Positions 30,598 through 40,591 are shown, counted from the first letter of the stretch. The stretch is 61,356 nucleotides of DNA from Nitrospinales bacterium (GCA_022450865.1 JAKUOQ010000003.1:1-61356), one strand, 5' to 3'. Notes: generated by a model not told the origin, from the letters alone. Translations and numbers: made by a program.

Positions 30598-31347
30598 ATG
30601 GATATTCTACAACTCAGCAACTATCTCGACAACCTTCTGGAAATAAATTCTATTCAAGATGCACCGCAGGCACTGAATGGATTACAAATTCAAAATCGCG
30701 GTGAAATAAAAAAAATTGGGCTGGCGGTCGATTTATGTCAAGCCACGATTAATCTCGCCATAGCAAAACAATGTCAGATGATGTTTGTACATCATGGAGC
30801 GTTTTGGTCCGGACTGCAACCAATTCGGGGTCAACATTACGAAAAACTTGCAGCCATGATACAGGCAAACCTCGGGCTCTACTCCGCGCATATCCCCCTA
30901 GATCTGCACCCAGTTTATGGAAATAACCGAACACTGGCCGATTTGATCGGGTTGGAAAATCTTGAACCTTTTGGAGAATACGATGGTATAAAAATTGGAT
31001 TCAAGGGTTCGATCTCCCCTACATCAGCAGAAAACTTAGGAAAAATGCTCGAGCAAAAACTCGGCTCTCAAGTAAAAGTTATTGGGCAGGGAGAAGTGAA
31101 AACGGTTGGTCTAGTCACTGGAGGTGCTGCAGACATCGTCAAACAAGCAATTCAGGAAGGACTCGATTGTTATATCACCGGGGAAGGCGCCAATCATCAT
31201 TTTCATGAGGCCATTGAAGGAAATTGCATACTAATTTTTGCAGGTCACTACGGCACAGAAACAGGAGGCGTGAAATCGATTGGTAAACATCTTAAAGAAA
31301 AATTCGCTATCGATAGTGAATTTTTGCATTACCCCACCGGACTTTAA
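30598..31347 (+). CDS. Nif3-like dinuclear metal centre protein
   Basis: The 249-aa product carries the NIF3 family motifs MFVHHGAFW, YSAHIPLD and GHYGTE. Confidence 0.85.
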   Translation: MDILQLSNYLDNLLEINSIQDAPQALNGLQIQNRGEIKKIGLAVDLCQATINLAIAKQCQMMFVHHGAFWSGLQPIRGQHYEKLAAMIQANLGLYSAHIPLDLHPVYGNNRTLADLIGLENLEPFGEYDGIKIGFKGSISPTSAENLGKMLEQKLGSQVKVIGQGEVKTVGLVTGGAADIVKQAIQEGLDCYITGEGANHHFHEAIEGNCILIFAGHYGTETGGVKSIGKHLKEKFAIDSEFLHYPTGL

Positions 31348-31432
31348 CTTACTAAATAGCCTGATAAGTTAACGAAACACAGTGACAGCATCTTTTTGGC
31401 TTGAGGTATATACGCCAATTGAAACTCGGCAT

Positions 31433-32305
31433 TTACATAGCTTTAAAAATTGCGTCCAACCCACTTCTATAATCGGGATACTTGAGTTTTACTCCCAGTT
31501 CTTCTTTAATTTTTTTATTACCCACCCGTTTACAGGTTAGATAAAAGCCACGTGCTATTTCGGACAACTCTGCCAACTCAAAAGGAATTAGTGGAGGTGG
31601 CTTAACATTCAAAAGCTTGCAGGCATATTCAACGGTTTCGGATGGCGGAGAGGGACGGTCATCGCTTACATTATAAATCTCCCCAGACTTTGGGTTTTTG
31701 ATAGATGCTTCCAAGGTTTGTGCTAAATCTTCAACATGGATGCGAGAAAAAACCAGACCCGGTTTTTCAATGCGCCGTGCTCGTCCCTGTCGAACAGAGG
31801 CTAGTAAGTTTCTACCTGGGCCATAAATCGCTACACAGCGAAATACCATAACCGGTAAACCATATTCTTTTGCCATATTTAACCATTGATTTTCGGCTTC
31901 TACTCTAAGCATATTGAGTTTTGTTACTGGTTGCGTAGATGCAGATTCATCTACCCACTTGCCTTGGGTATCACCATAAACCCCTGTTGATGAAATATAT
32001 CCAATCCATTTCAATTTTTCACATTCAGCGATCTTCGAACCAAAATTTTTCAAAACCACATCCCCTGAAGGTTGTGGTGGAATAGAAATTAGTAAATGGG
32101 TTGCTTTATTAAGGGCATCACAAATTTCTTCCGTGGCTTGGGTTCCATCGAATAGAAGGGGAAACAAACTCTCACAAAATTCTTTTTTATCTACTGAACG
32201 GCAGGTGCCCGCAACACCCCATTCATGCCTGCGCATTCTTTTCGCCAAAGCTTGCGCAGTAAAACCCATACCAAAACAAAATAGGTTATTTGAATTATCT
32301 GACAT
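31433..32305 (-). CDS. NAD(P)-binding SDR/epimerase-family protein
   Basis: Rossmann-like LFCFGMGFTAQAL near the N-terminus with an extended-SDR-like layout. I prefer the ATG at 32305; the track TTG is at 32317. Confidence 0.65.
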   Translation of the reverse strand: MSDNSNNLFCFGMGFTAQALAKRMRRHEWGVAGTCRSVDKKEFCESLFPLLFDGTQATEEICDALNKATHLLISIPPQPSGDVVLKNFGSKIAECEKLKWIGYISSTGVYGDTQGKWVDESASTQPVTKLNMLRVEAENQWLNMAKEYGLPVMVFRCVAIYGPGRNLLASVRQGRARRIEKPGLVFSRIHVEDLAQTLEASIKNPKSGEIYNVSDDRPSPPSETVEYACKLLNVKPPPLIPFELAELSEIARGFYLTCKRVGNKKIKEELGVKLKYPDYRSGLDAIFKAM

Positions 32306-32496
32306 AACGAAACCCAAAAATTTACTCTATCTCTTATGAATTGTACCGTGGAGAATAGAAAGTTGTTGCTATTAATTAGAATGTCTTAGTTTAAGGTAGC
32401 AATCCTTGGAAGATGGAAGTAATGCGCCCCTCCTGTTTATTCATTCGGAAATGCTTTCTCAAAAAATCCTAAACTTTGGGCAACTGTAGGTTGCTG

Positions 32497-33879
32497 CTAT
32501 TTGCCAATGCAGAATTCACCAAAAATTTTATCAAGCAAGTCTTCCGCAAATGTTTTTCCAAGAATCGAACCAATGTGTTCCATCGCCAAATTAATATCAA
32601 CAGCAATGAGCTCTTCAGAGTAACCGGAGTTCATATTTGTATATGCAGCATCCAATGCTGTTGCCGCCTGCTGTAAATGATCCCGGTGACGTTCACGGGT
32701 AATAAAGATGGATTCCCCTGCCTGTTCGCCTTTTACCGCAAAATTATAAATAGCTTCACTTAAATCTGGCATACCGGCTCCGGTTTTTGCAGAAATCGAA
32801 ATCGGCTTTTCACCTTTAAGGAATTTATCGATTTTTTTCTTCTCCCATTTCTGTTCAAGGTCAGATTTGTTTAGCAGCGTGCACCTTGGCCTATCACCGA
32901 CTTCATTCATCAGTAATTCATCATTGCCATCGAATGATTGGGATGGATCAAACACAACCAACGCAAGATCAGATTGCGCTAATGCATTACGGGTTCTTTG
33001 GATACCTTGTTCTTCAACAATTTCGGGGTTATCACGTAAGCCTGCCGAGTCGGTAACTACAATATGAATGTCCTTAACACGTATTCGCTCTTCCAGAGTA
33101 TCACGGGTTGTTCCTGGAATACTTGTGACGATGGCTCGGTCCTCCTGCAAGAGTGCGTTGAGCAAGCTCGATTTCCCAACATTAGGTTTACCCACAAGAG
33201 CAATGCGTAAGCCTTCGCGAATTATTTTGCCTTGGTGAAAAGAACTGACTAGAGAAAAAATTTCATTTTTTAATTCTTTAATTTGCTGACCCGTAGTTTC
33301 ACGACTTTGGAAGGTTAACCCTTCTTCAGAAAAGTCAATCGCTGCTTCCAACTGCGCCTGCACTGCCAACAGTTGGTCTAATAAATTGTTGATCCGCCGG
33401 GATAGCGCACCCTTGAGTTGTAAAACAGCAGAATTCAACGCTCTATCTGATGCAGCGCCTATAAGATCGGCTACGGCTTCGACCTGAGTGAGATCAAGGC
33501 GGCCATGGATAAAAGCCCGGCGTGTAAATTCTCCAGGTTCTGCCAACCTTGCACCCTGCCTTAAAATCAACTCCAATAATGTGGCCGATACCTGGGTGCC
33601 ACCGTGACCACTTATTTCAACCACATTTTCTCCAGTATAACTGTTGGGTTTCTTAAACCAGGTGAACAAAACCTCGTCAATCACACGATTTGATTCTGGA
33701 TCACGTATTTCGCCAAACAAAACTTTTTGAGCCGGGGGAATATTTTTCGAAATATCAAATATAGAATGAAACAAACCACGAGCAAAAGTGAGAGCATTTT
33801 CTCCACTGATGCGGATCACGCTTATTCCTCCTTCTCCTGGCGGTGTTGCCAAAGCGGCTATGGTATCGTTGGTTTCCAT
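32497..33879 (-). CDS. mnmE: tRNA modification GTPase MnmE
   Basis: The G motifs are GKPNVGKSSL, DSAG and NKSD. The invariant C-terminal FCIGK is present. Confidence 0.95.
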   Translation of the reverse strand: METNDTIAALATPPGEGGISVIRISGENALTFARGLFHSIFDISKNIPPAQKVLFGEIRDPESNRVIDEVLFTWFKKPNSYTGENVVEISGHGGTQVSATLLELILRQGARLAEPGEFTRRAFIHGRLDLTQVEAVADLIGAASDRALNSAVLQLKGALSRRINNLLDQLLAVQAQLEAAIDFSEEGLTFQSRETTGQQIKELKNEIFSLVSSFHQGKIIREGLRIALVGKPNVGKSSLLNALLQEDRAIVTSIPGTTRDTLEERIRVKDIHIVVTDSAGLRDNPEIVEEQGIQRTRNALAQSDLALVVFDPSQSFDGNDELLMNEVGDRPRCTLLNKSDLEQKWEKKKIDKFLKGEKPISISAKTGAGMPDLSEAIYNFAVKGEQAGESIFITRERHRDHLQQAATALDAAYTNMNSGYSEELIAVDINLAMEHIGSILGKTFAEDLLDKIFGEFCIGK

Positions 33880-34082
33880 CTCAATAATAAGTTTATAATT
33901 TTGCAGGGGAGCTAATTAATACAAAGATATCACAAGCAATTTTTATTAGCTTCACTAATCATAAAAGCAAGATACCAAAACTATATTTCGATCGTTATAA
34001 CAATATAGTTCTTAGCAATGAATAATTTATGCCCCAAGAAATTGACAGCAGTTAGGGAGTATGATAGGTTTCGCTCTTTGCT

Positions 34083-34155
<73 letters not shown>

Positions 34156-34310
34156 GCACTATAACTTCATAACCGTCAAAAGCTTAAGAGATTCAAGCAT
34201 AATTTTCTCTTTATTTTCCGCTAAATTTTACTATAACAAGTCCAAACGGACACCCGTTTCGAGTTGATTTACCGTTATAATCACGGAAGAACTAACTACT
34301 AGAGAATTTT

Positions 34311-34496
34311 ATGGATAAACACGAACTTATTGAAATAATCGTTAAGGAAATAACAGAAGAAGCCGTCAATTTTAAGAACGCGGAAAATCCTAGCGAGGAA
34401 CTTGAAGCATTGAAAGATATGCTAGATGTTTTAATGCGGGGGACTACTCAGGTCGTAGAAAAAATTGACCAATATAATGACCGCCGATACAGGTAA
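34311..34496 (+). CDS. small acidic hypothetical protein (61 aa)
   Basis: ATG ORF with a helical-looking acidic sequence. It is followed by a hairpin flanked by A and T tracts. No motif recognised. Confidence 0.4.
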   Translation: MDKHELIEIIVKEITEEAVNFKNAENPSEELEALKDMLDVLMRGTTQVVEKIDQYNDRRYR

Positions 34497-34530
34497 CCAC
34501 AGATAAATATCTTGAATAAATCGATAATTC

Positions 34531-34581
34531 TTTTTGGCCGCTCACAAGTCTTAATTAAAAACCTTGCTCATGGCCAAAAAA
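34531..34581. terminator. candidate bidirectional intrinsic terminator between convergent genes
   Basis: TTTTTGGCC...GGCCAAAAA arms enclose an inner CAAG/CTTG pairing, with T and A tracts on either side. It lies between the 34496 stop (+) and the 34607 stop (-). Confidence 0.4.
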
Positions 34582-34606
34582 TAATTTTCATACAAAATGC
34601 TATTTC

Positions 34607-35470
34607 CTAAAACACTTCCAATCGCCTTAAACTTGGTAGGCTCTGGTTTTTTGCCAAGTCGTCGGACAATTCCGGATTAATTTCATTTCGAATCAATATA
34701 AGTAATTCCAGGCTTTTTAAAGTCTTGGAGTTTAATAGAGCTTCCATCCCTTTTTCTGTAATCTGGTTATTATATAAATCCAGAGTTTTAAGATTTACAA
34801 GATGGGGTGAATTTGCTATTGCCATTGCCCCCCTATCACTAATCTGGTTTGCGCTTAAATCCATAAAAGTAATATTTTTTGAATTTTGCGAGCCAACAAT
34901 TGCAACAATTCCTTCATCCCCTACTTTGTTGCGAGTCAACTTGAGTTCAGTCAGATTTTGTAGGTTTGAAGATTCAGATATCATTTTTGCACCTTTCTCT
35001 GAAACATCATTGCCCCACAGAGAAAGTTTTTTAACATGTTGAAACGTGTCTGATCCGCATAAAATTCGCACGCCTTCATCTCCTAGATTATTTTTTTGCA
35101 GCGCTAGGGAAACAACATTTTTCAACTCAGGAGTGCTGGCAAGAATTTTCATTCCCTTCACCCCAATCTGAGAACCATTGAGATTTATTTTACTGCCATC
35201 GGCATCCAGCCTTTCTCGAATATGTGCAGAGATATCTTTTGGCGGACCTTTGCGACGACCATATCCATGACCACCGTGTTTTCCTTTAGCTCCATGTCCT
35301 CCACTATACCCTCCGTGTTTGCCTCCAGATGGTCCACCATGACTACTCCCTTGTTTACCAGGATGCTCACCGGATTTTGCTTCATGGCCACCTGCTGCAA
35401 AAACCGGAAGCGACCATACCAACCACCCTAAAACTAAAATAACCTGAACTATTTTTTTTCTTATCAACAC
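34607..35470 (-). CDS. secreted leucine-rich repeat protein (ribonuclease-inhibitor-type ~28-aa LRRs) with a His/Gly-rich N-terminal segment
   Basis: I place the start at the GTG at 35468-35470, 7 nt after GGAGGA. The track ATG at 35506 would overlap the upstream gene. The signal peptide is KKIVQVILVLGWLVWSLPVFAAGG. H/G/K-rich residues follow. There are about seven repeats of the L..L.L..N.IGD.G...L type. Confidence 0.75.
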   Translation of the reverse strand: MLIRKKIVQVILVLGWLVWSLPVFAAGGHEAKSGEHPGKQGSSHGGPSGGKHGGYSGGHGAKGKHGGHGYGRRKGPPKDISAHIRERLDADGSKINLNGSQIGVKGMKILASTPELKNVVSLALQKNNLGDEGVRILCGSDTFQHVKKLSLWGNDVSEKGAKMISESSNLQNLTELKLTRNKVGDEGIVAIVGSQNSKNITFMDLSANQISDRGAMAIANSPHLVNLKTLDLYNNQITEKGMEALLNSKTLKSLELLILIRNEINPELSDDLAKNQSLPSLRRLEVF

Positions 35471-35487
35471 AATAAAATCCTCCACAA

Positions 35488-36309
35488 TTAATTCGTTGCC
35501 ACGCAACGAAACCCAATATAATTTTTTATATCGTCCGGAAATGCCTTACCACGCACTGAGCCTCGAGCTAAGTCCAGGTTTGAATTCCACGACCCGCCTT
35601 TCATGACCTTAAACTGTTCTCCATATAAATCATTATCATATTGATTGCCCGGATGTGGCTGATACCAGTCTTCCGTCCATTCCCAAACATTTCCCGCCAA
35701 ATCCATTACCCCATAAGGACTAGCGTTTTCAGGCATTGCCCCCACTGGGTTGCTATATCTATAAATATCTCCTTTTCCTCTTATATTCGTATTGAGAGCA
35801 TCTGCTTCATTTCCCCAAGGGTAGTATCTGGCATCTGTACCTCTTGCGGCCTTTTCCCATTCTCTCTCTGTGGGCAAACGTTTTTTAGCCCAAAGGCAAT
35901 AGTCTCGTGCTTCTTTCCAAGGTAGCGCAACTATGGGTTGCCTGGGTTGATTAAATCTTGCATTGTCATGTTCGCGTGGCGCGGCCTTACCGGTCACTTG
36001 CCGGTATATTTCATAATCACGAACCGTCACAAGAAATTTATCAATTTTAAAACCCGGCAAAGTCACTTCGTGAAGCGGGGTTTCGTCCCTGTACCAATCC
36101 AAAGATTCAGAATGAAACCGTTTGGCCGCCCACAGGATATCCTTATCAGAGCTTCCCATTTTAAAAGGCCCTGCTGGAATAAGAATCATGTCCTGCTCAG
36201 AGCCTATCGCATTAGATATAGCCCCTGTAATGAATATGCAGAAAGCAACAATTATAAAAATAGGTTTGATAAAACTATGCCTCCAATTAGAACCCATTAC
36301 TTTCTCCAT
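35488..36309 (-). CDS. secreted FGE-sulfatase/SUMF1-fold (formylglycine-generating-enzyme family) protein
   Basis: A signal peptide is followed by MILIPAGPFKMGS, GNVWEWTEDWY, MKGGSW and IGFRCV motifs. No Cys pair occupies the position of the FGE catalytic cysteines. Confidence 0.85.
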   Translation of the reverse strand: MEKVMGSNWRHSFIKPIFIIVAFCIFITGAISNAIGSEQDMILIPAGPFKMGSSDKDILWAAKRFHSESLDWYRDETPLHEVTLPGFKIDKFLVTVRDYEIYRQVTGKAAPREHDNARFNQPRQPIVALPWKEARDYCLWAKKRLPTEREWEKAARGTDARYYPWGNEADALNTNIRGKGDIYRYSNPVGAMPENASPYGVMDLAGNVWEWTEDWYQPHPGNQYDNDLYGEQFKVMKGGSWNSNLDLARGSVRGKAFPDDIKNYIGFRCVATN

Positions 36310-36472
36310 GATATTAAGCTATCAATTTAACAAAAAATAAGGCTTTTCGCATCCCACAAAAATTACGTTTCTTGGGTTCGTTTCATTTAAAAATGTAGAT
36401 AAATCGAGTTTGCAATTGGTAGGAATGGATAACAAGAAGTTTCACTCGAAAACATCAGGGCAACTTCCACCG

Positions 36473-37036
36473 CTATGAAGCAATCATCCCGGTTTTTCGG
36501 GCATATTCAAAAATATTTCCAGCCTCAATGATCTCTATGACTTCACCGAGTGATTTCAGATCATAAGTTTTCTCCTGGGTTTTATTGGTCAGGGTATTCT
36601 CGGTCAGGTCAATCTTTAAATCATCCCCGGTTTTTATATCTTCCACCAGGCGTGTATCACATTCAAAAGGAATGAAAAATCCTCCATCCACAGAATTACG
36701 GTAAAAAATCCGTGCATACGATTGTGCAATCACTGCCTTCACGCCAGCAATCTCCATGCAGGCAGGTGCGTGTTCACGAGAGGAACCACAACCAAAATTT
36801 TTTCCCCCCACCACAATTGAATACTTCGATTCAAAATTTTCGCCTTCCGTAAAGGGTACGTTGCCCTTTGGCAGCCCCGCTTGATCGCCAGGAACCCCGG
36901 AAAGTGCAAATTTACCATAATTCTTTTTCTCCTCTGGATCGCTCAAACTGTATACCAGATGCTCAGCAGGAATTATCTGATCGGTATCAATATCGTTACC
37001 CAACACATATGCAAGACCTTCTATTATTTTTTTCAT
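36473..37036 (-). CDS. leuD: 3-isopropylmalate dehydratase small subunit (aconitase swivel domain)
   Basis: The GKNFGCGSSREHAP motif is present. Length is 187 aa and the gene sits directly downstream of the large subunit. Confidence 0.85.
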   Translation of the reverse strand: MKKIIEGLAYVLGNDIDTDQIIPAEHLVYSLSDPEEKKNYGKFALSGVPGDQAGLPKGNVPFTEGENFESKYSIVVGGKNFGCGSSREHAPACMEIAGVKAVIAQSYARIFYRNSVDGGFFIPFECDTRLVEDIKTGDDLKIDLTENTLTNKTQEKTYDLKSLGEVIEIIEAGNIFEYARKTGMIAS

Positions 37037-37053
37037 GGTAGTAAGGTTAATTA

Positions 37054-38349
37054 TTAAACAAATTCAGCAGGGTTTGTAATATGTCCGGTCAAAGCCGATG
37101 CCGCTGCAGTATATGGAGATGCCAGATAGACATGAGCTTGCTTCGACCCCATCCGCCCAGGGAAATTCCGATTGGTCGTGGAGATCACTACCTGATTATC
37201 ACTCGCACGCCCAAAAGTATCTTTGGGTCCACCCAGACAAGCTGCGCAGGAAGGTTCTCCCAGATAAGCACCTGAATTTTTAAAAATATCGATCAGAGAT
37301 TCCCCATCAATTTTTTCCTTATGAAGGTCTTCTTCCACTTCGCGAGTCGCAGGAACAATAAAAGTGTCGATCTGTACTTTTTTGCCTTTAAGTAGCTTTG
37401 CTGCAGCCATAAAGTCTGTCAACTTGCCCCCTGTGCAAGACCCGATATAGGCACGGTCTAGCCTTACATCTTCACATTCGCTGACCTTGGCTTTATTGTC
37501 TGGGGAATGCGGCTTTGCAACAATGGGTTCCATTTCATTTGCGTTGTAGGTTCTTTTGAAGAAATATTTCGCGTCTTCGTCGGAATGATAAACTTTGTAA
37601 GGTGCATCCGTGCGTTGCCTAACATAGTCTATCGTTACTTCGTCCGCTTCGATAATGCCATTTTTACCCCCGGCTTCAATCGCCATATTGCATAGGGTCA
37701 TGCGTTCTTCCATGGAAAGCTTCATCACTGCATCGCCTCTCCATTCCATAGCCCGATATGTAGCACCATCGACACCAATATCACCAATCACATTCAAAAT
37801 GACATCTTTTGCCATAATATGGTCGGGAAATGTTCCCGTAAATTCGAAACACATGGATTCTGGAACTTTAACCCAAAGCTTTCCTGTACCCAGAATAAAT
37901 GCAGCATCCGTGTTACCAATTCCGGTTGAGAACATACCAAAAGCTCCTGATGTCGAAGTATGGGAATCGGTCCCAAATAAAACTTCTCCAGGTCGATTGA
38001 ATCCTTCCTGAGCCAGAGCCAGATGGCAGACCCCTTTATAGTTATCTGTTCCGACATCGTAATAATGTGGCAGATCCTGTTCTTTTACAAATTGCCTCAG
38101 GATGTCTATATTCCGATTAGCGTGGGTGTCTTTAGTAAAGATAAAGTGGTCGGGAATGATAACAACCTTATCGCGGTCCCATACCTTCGCATTTTCACCG
38201 AACTGCTTTTTGAAAATTGCAAAAGTACCTGGCCCGCAAACATCGTGCGTCATCAAAACATCTACATCTACCCATATATTGTCGCCCGGGGCGACAGAAG
38301 TTTTCCCCGCGTGGGCAGCAAGTATTTTTTCTGTAATAGTCATACCCAT
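37054..38349 (-). CDS. leuC: 3-isopropylmalate dehydratase large subunit (short archaeal-type)
   Basis: The 431-aa aconitase-family product has DSHT, IGSCTGG and NRNFPGRMG motifs. Confidence 0.88.
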   Translation of the reverse strand: MGMTITEKILAAHAGKTSVAPGDNIWVDVDVLMTHDVCGPGTFAIFKKQFGENAKVWDRDKVVIIPDHFIFTKDTHANRNIDILRQFVKEQDLPHYYDVGTDNYKGVCHLALAQEGFNRPGEVLFGTDSHTSTSGAFGMFSTGIGNTDAAFILGTGKLWVKVPESMCFEFTGTFPDHIMAKDVILNVIGDIGVDGATYRAMEWRGDAVMKLSMEERMTLCNMAIEAGGKNGIIEADEVTIDYVRQRTDAPYKVYHSDEDAKYFFKRTYNANEMEPIVAKPHSPDNKAKVSECEDVRLDRAYIGSCTGGKLTDFMAAAKLLKGKKVQIDTFIVPATREVEEDLHKEKIDGESLIDIFKNSGAYLGEPSCAACLGGPKDTFGRASDNQVVISTTNRNFPGRMGSKQAHVYLASPYTAAASALTGHITNPAEFV

Positions 38350-38790
38350 TCAGTAAAGCCTTTCAAAGTAGCTAAGGTGTGGTTTTAAATACTGATTTTT
38401 CCAACAATTTGTTGTTTTTTTATCCATTCAAAACACTCTTATAAAACCCACAGGATGCTAGAGTTTACTTTTGAAAATCTAAAAAAGAGTGTAATTAGAC
38501 AAAGATACCATTGAAAACTCAGAAACCCCAAAAAATTTTATATTATATTGATTTTAAAATGATCGATACACTCAAAACTCAATAGCAATCTGAAACAAAA
38601 ACTGTATTAAATACCCACTAAAAACCAATAGTTAAGGGCACCATTCCGTTGGACTTGAGACATTAATTCCTTGCTTTGGTTTCCCTTTTGTAAAATTCTT
38701 ATAGCCCTTTAGGGTATCTACGGGTTATCATCGCAGGCCAAACCAATTTGTATAAAATTACCCTTTTAATATTTTTAGCACCCAAATCTC

Positions 38791-40245
38791 ATGGCTGAAT
38801 CTCATTCACAACCCAATCAAATTTTCGTGGACCGTCGCCCACTTTGGATTGTGCTATTTGATCGGCTGCGTCGATACCTGTTTTTGGCTCTGTTCTTTGG
38901 GATTTTTGCGTTATTACTGATCCAGAAAGGCCCCAGTGATCTTTCTTTTGAAGGCTACAAGGTCCTTTGCCTTTTCGTGCTTTGCGTGTTGCTATGGTCT
39001 ACCAATCTGATCCCATTATCTATAACCAGTCTTTTAGCCATCGCCGCAGTCCCTCTTTTAGGGGTAATGGAAGCTTCACAGGCATACTCTTATTTTGGTA
39101 ATAAGGCGGTATTTTTTATTCTTGGGGTCTTTATTCTGTCCGCCTCCATGGTTTCTTGCGGACTCAGCACAAGAATATCAATCTACGTTATGAAGAATTG
39201 GAGCAGCACTCCGTCACAATTAATAACTTCTATTTATTGTTTTGCTGGAATCAGTTCTTGCTTTATGTCAGAACATGCGGTGGCAGTAATTTTGTTTCCC
39301 ATCATTCACGAAATTACACAGTCGCTGAACCTTAAAAGAGAAAGCTCGGTCTTTGCTAAGAGTATGTACTTCGCCATGGCTTGGGGATGCATCATAGGTG
39401 GGGCTATGACCGTTCTCGGTGGAGGAAGAGTTCCGCTGGCTGTCGAAATGCTAGAAAAGTCTACTGCCGGAACTGAGACCATCGGCATCCTTCAATACAC
39501 CCAGTTGAGTTTTCCATTAGTGCTATCGATGTTTGTCGGAGGTTGGCTGGCATTGAAATTTTTATTTCCTCCTGATATTCAAGATATTGAAGCCGCAAGA
39601 AAAGCCTTACAACATAAATCTCAGATCATGGGAAAACTGACCTTTCAGGAAAAAGGCATTGCCCTTGTTATGTTGATGACACTTTTTTGCTGGTTTGTTT
39701 TTGGTGATCAATTAGGAATCGCCAATATAGCCATCATATCCATTGTCCTTTTGTTTGTCCTGAATTTAATCACCTGGAAAATGGTAGAAACCCATATTAA
39801 TTGGGCCATCGTTCTGATGTATGGGGGAGCAATCTGTTTGGGTGAAGTCATGGCAGAGACAGGTGCTGCATTGTGGCTTGCTGAGAAACTGTTTTCGGGA
39901 ATAGTCGATTCTCCAATTACATTTCTTTTGGTTATCGCCCTTTTGTCTACATTATTAACTACGTTCATGAGTAATTCGGCTGTCATCGCAATTCTTTTAC
40001 CTACAGCTATCAGCATGAGCCCGGCCTATGAAATACATCCCGCTTTAGCAACCATGACTGTAATTTTGCCAAGCAACTTTGCTTTCATATTGCCTATTGC
40101 AACTCCCGCTTCGGCACTGGCTTATTCATCAAGATTTCTGACCTTAAAAGAAATGATATGGTCAGGCTCGCTTCTAAGTTTACTCGGATTGGGTTGTTTT
40201 TTAATCCTGCTCGTTTTTTACTGGCCGATGGTCGGGTTTCAATAA
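38791..40245 (+). CDS. SLC13/DASS-family anion:sodium symporter permease
   Basis: The 484-aa polytopic protein has two hairpin-type SNS/SNxA-like motifs (FMSNSAVIA). Its layout is typical of the CitT/NadC/SLC13 families. Confidence 0.8.
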   Translation: MAESHSQPNQIFVDRRPLWIVLFDRLRRYLFLALFFGIFALLLIQKGPSDLSFEGYKVLCLFVLCVLLWSTNLIPLSITSLLAIAAVPLLGVMEASQAYSYFGNKAVFFILGVFILSASMVSCGLSTRISIYVMKNWSSTPSQLITSIYCFAGISSCFMSEHAVAVILFPIIHEITQSLNLKRESSVFAKSMYFAMAWGCIIGGAMTVLGGGRVPLAVEMLEKSTAGTETIGILQYTQLSFPLVLSMFVGGWLALKFLFPPDIQDIEAARKALQHKSQIMGKLTFQEKGIALVMLMTLFCWFVFGDQLGIANIAIISIVLLFVLNLITWKMVETHINWAIVLMYGGAICLGEVMAETGAALWLAEKLFSGIVDSPITFLLVIALLSTLLTTFMSNSAVIAILLPTAISMSPAYEIHPALATMTVILPSNFAFILPIATPASALAYSSRFLTLKEMIWSGSLLSLLGLGCFLILLVFYWPMVGFQ

Positions 40246-40252
40246 AAAAACT

Positions 40253-40591
40253 GTGAACTCTGTTAACCCTTTACAACCTATTGACCTAAAAAAAAAGCTG
40301 GATAGCAGAGAAGATATATTTTTACTGGATGTGCGCGAACCCTGGGAATTTTCTCTCGCCGCCATTGAAGGGTCAGAAAATTTCCCTCTAGGCGAAGTCG
40401 TGGATCGTCAGCAGGAATTTGTTTTTGAGGAAGAAATCGTGGTGATATGCCACCACGGCGAGCGTTCGCAGACGGCGGCACAAGAGTTGGTCGAAAGCGG
40501 ATTCAAAAAAGTTCACAATTTGGTTGGCGGCATCGATGCATGGTCACAGGTGATCGATCCCACTATCCCCCGTTACGGCCCCAATGGTTAG
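40253..40591 (+). CDS. single-domain rhodanese (sulfurtransferase)
   Basis: The active-site loop is CHHGERS. The GTG start lies 7 nt after the transporter stop. Confidence 0.85.
   Translation: MNSVNPLQPIDLKKKLDSREDIFLLDVREPWEFSLAAIEGSENFPLGEVVDRQQEFVFEEEIVVICHHGERSQTAAQELVESGFKKVHNLVGGIDAWSQVIDPTIPRYGPNG

Noticed and set aside
35488-36309. Diversity-generating retroelement target (FGE/CLec-fold variable protein)
   Set aside because: There is no reverse transcriptase in the window, and I found no template repeat matching the 3' end of the gene. The C-terminal codons show no Asn/AAC-rich VR signature.
36375-36384. ggttcgtttc resembles the tRNA-Phe T-arm (ggttcgattc), considered as an att-type direct repeat bounding an island from 34155
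   Set aside because: The match is only about 9 of 10 nt, there is no integrase, and a match this short is expected by chance.
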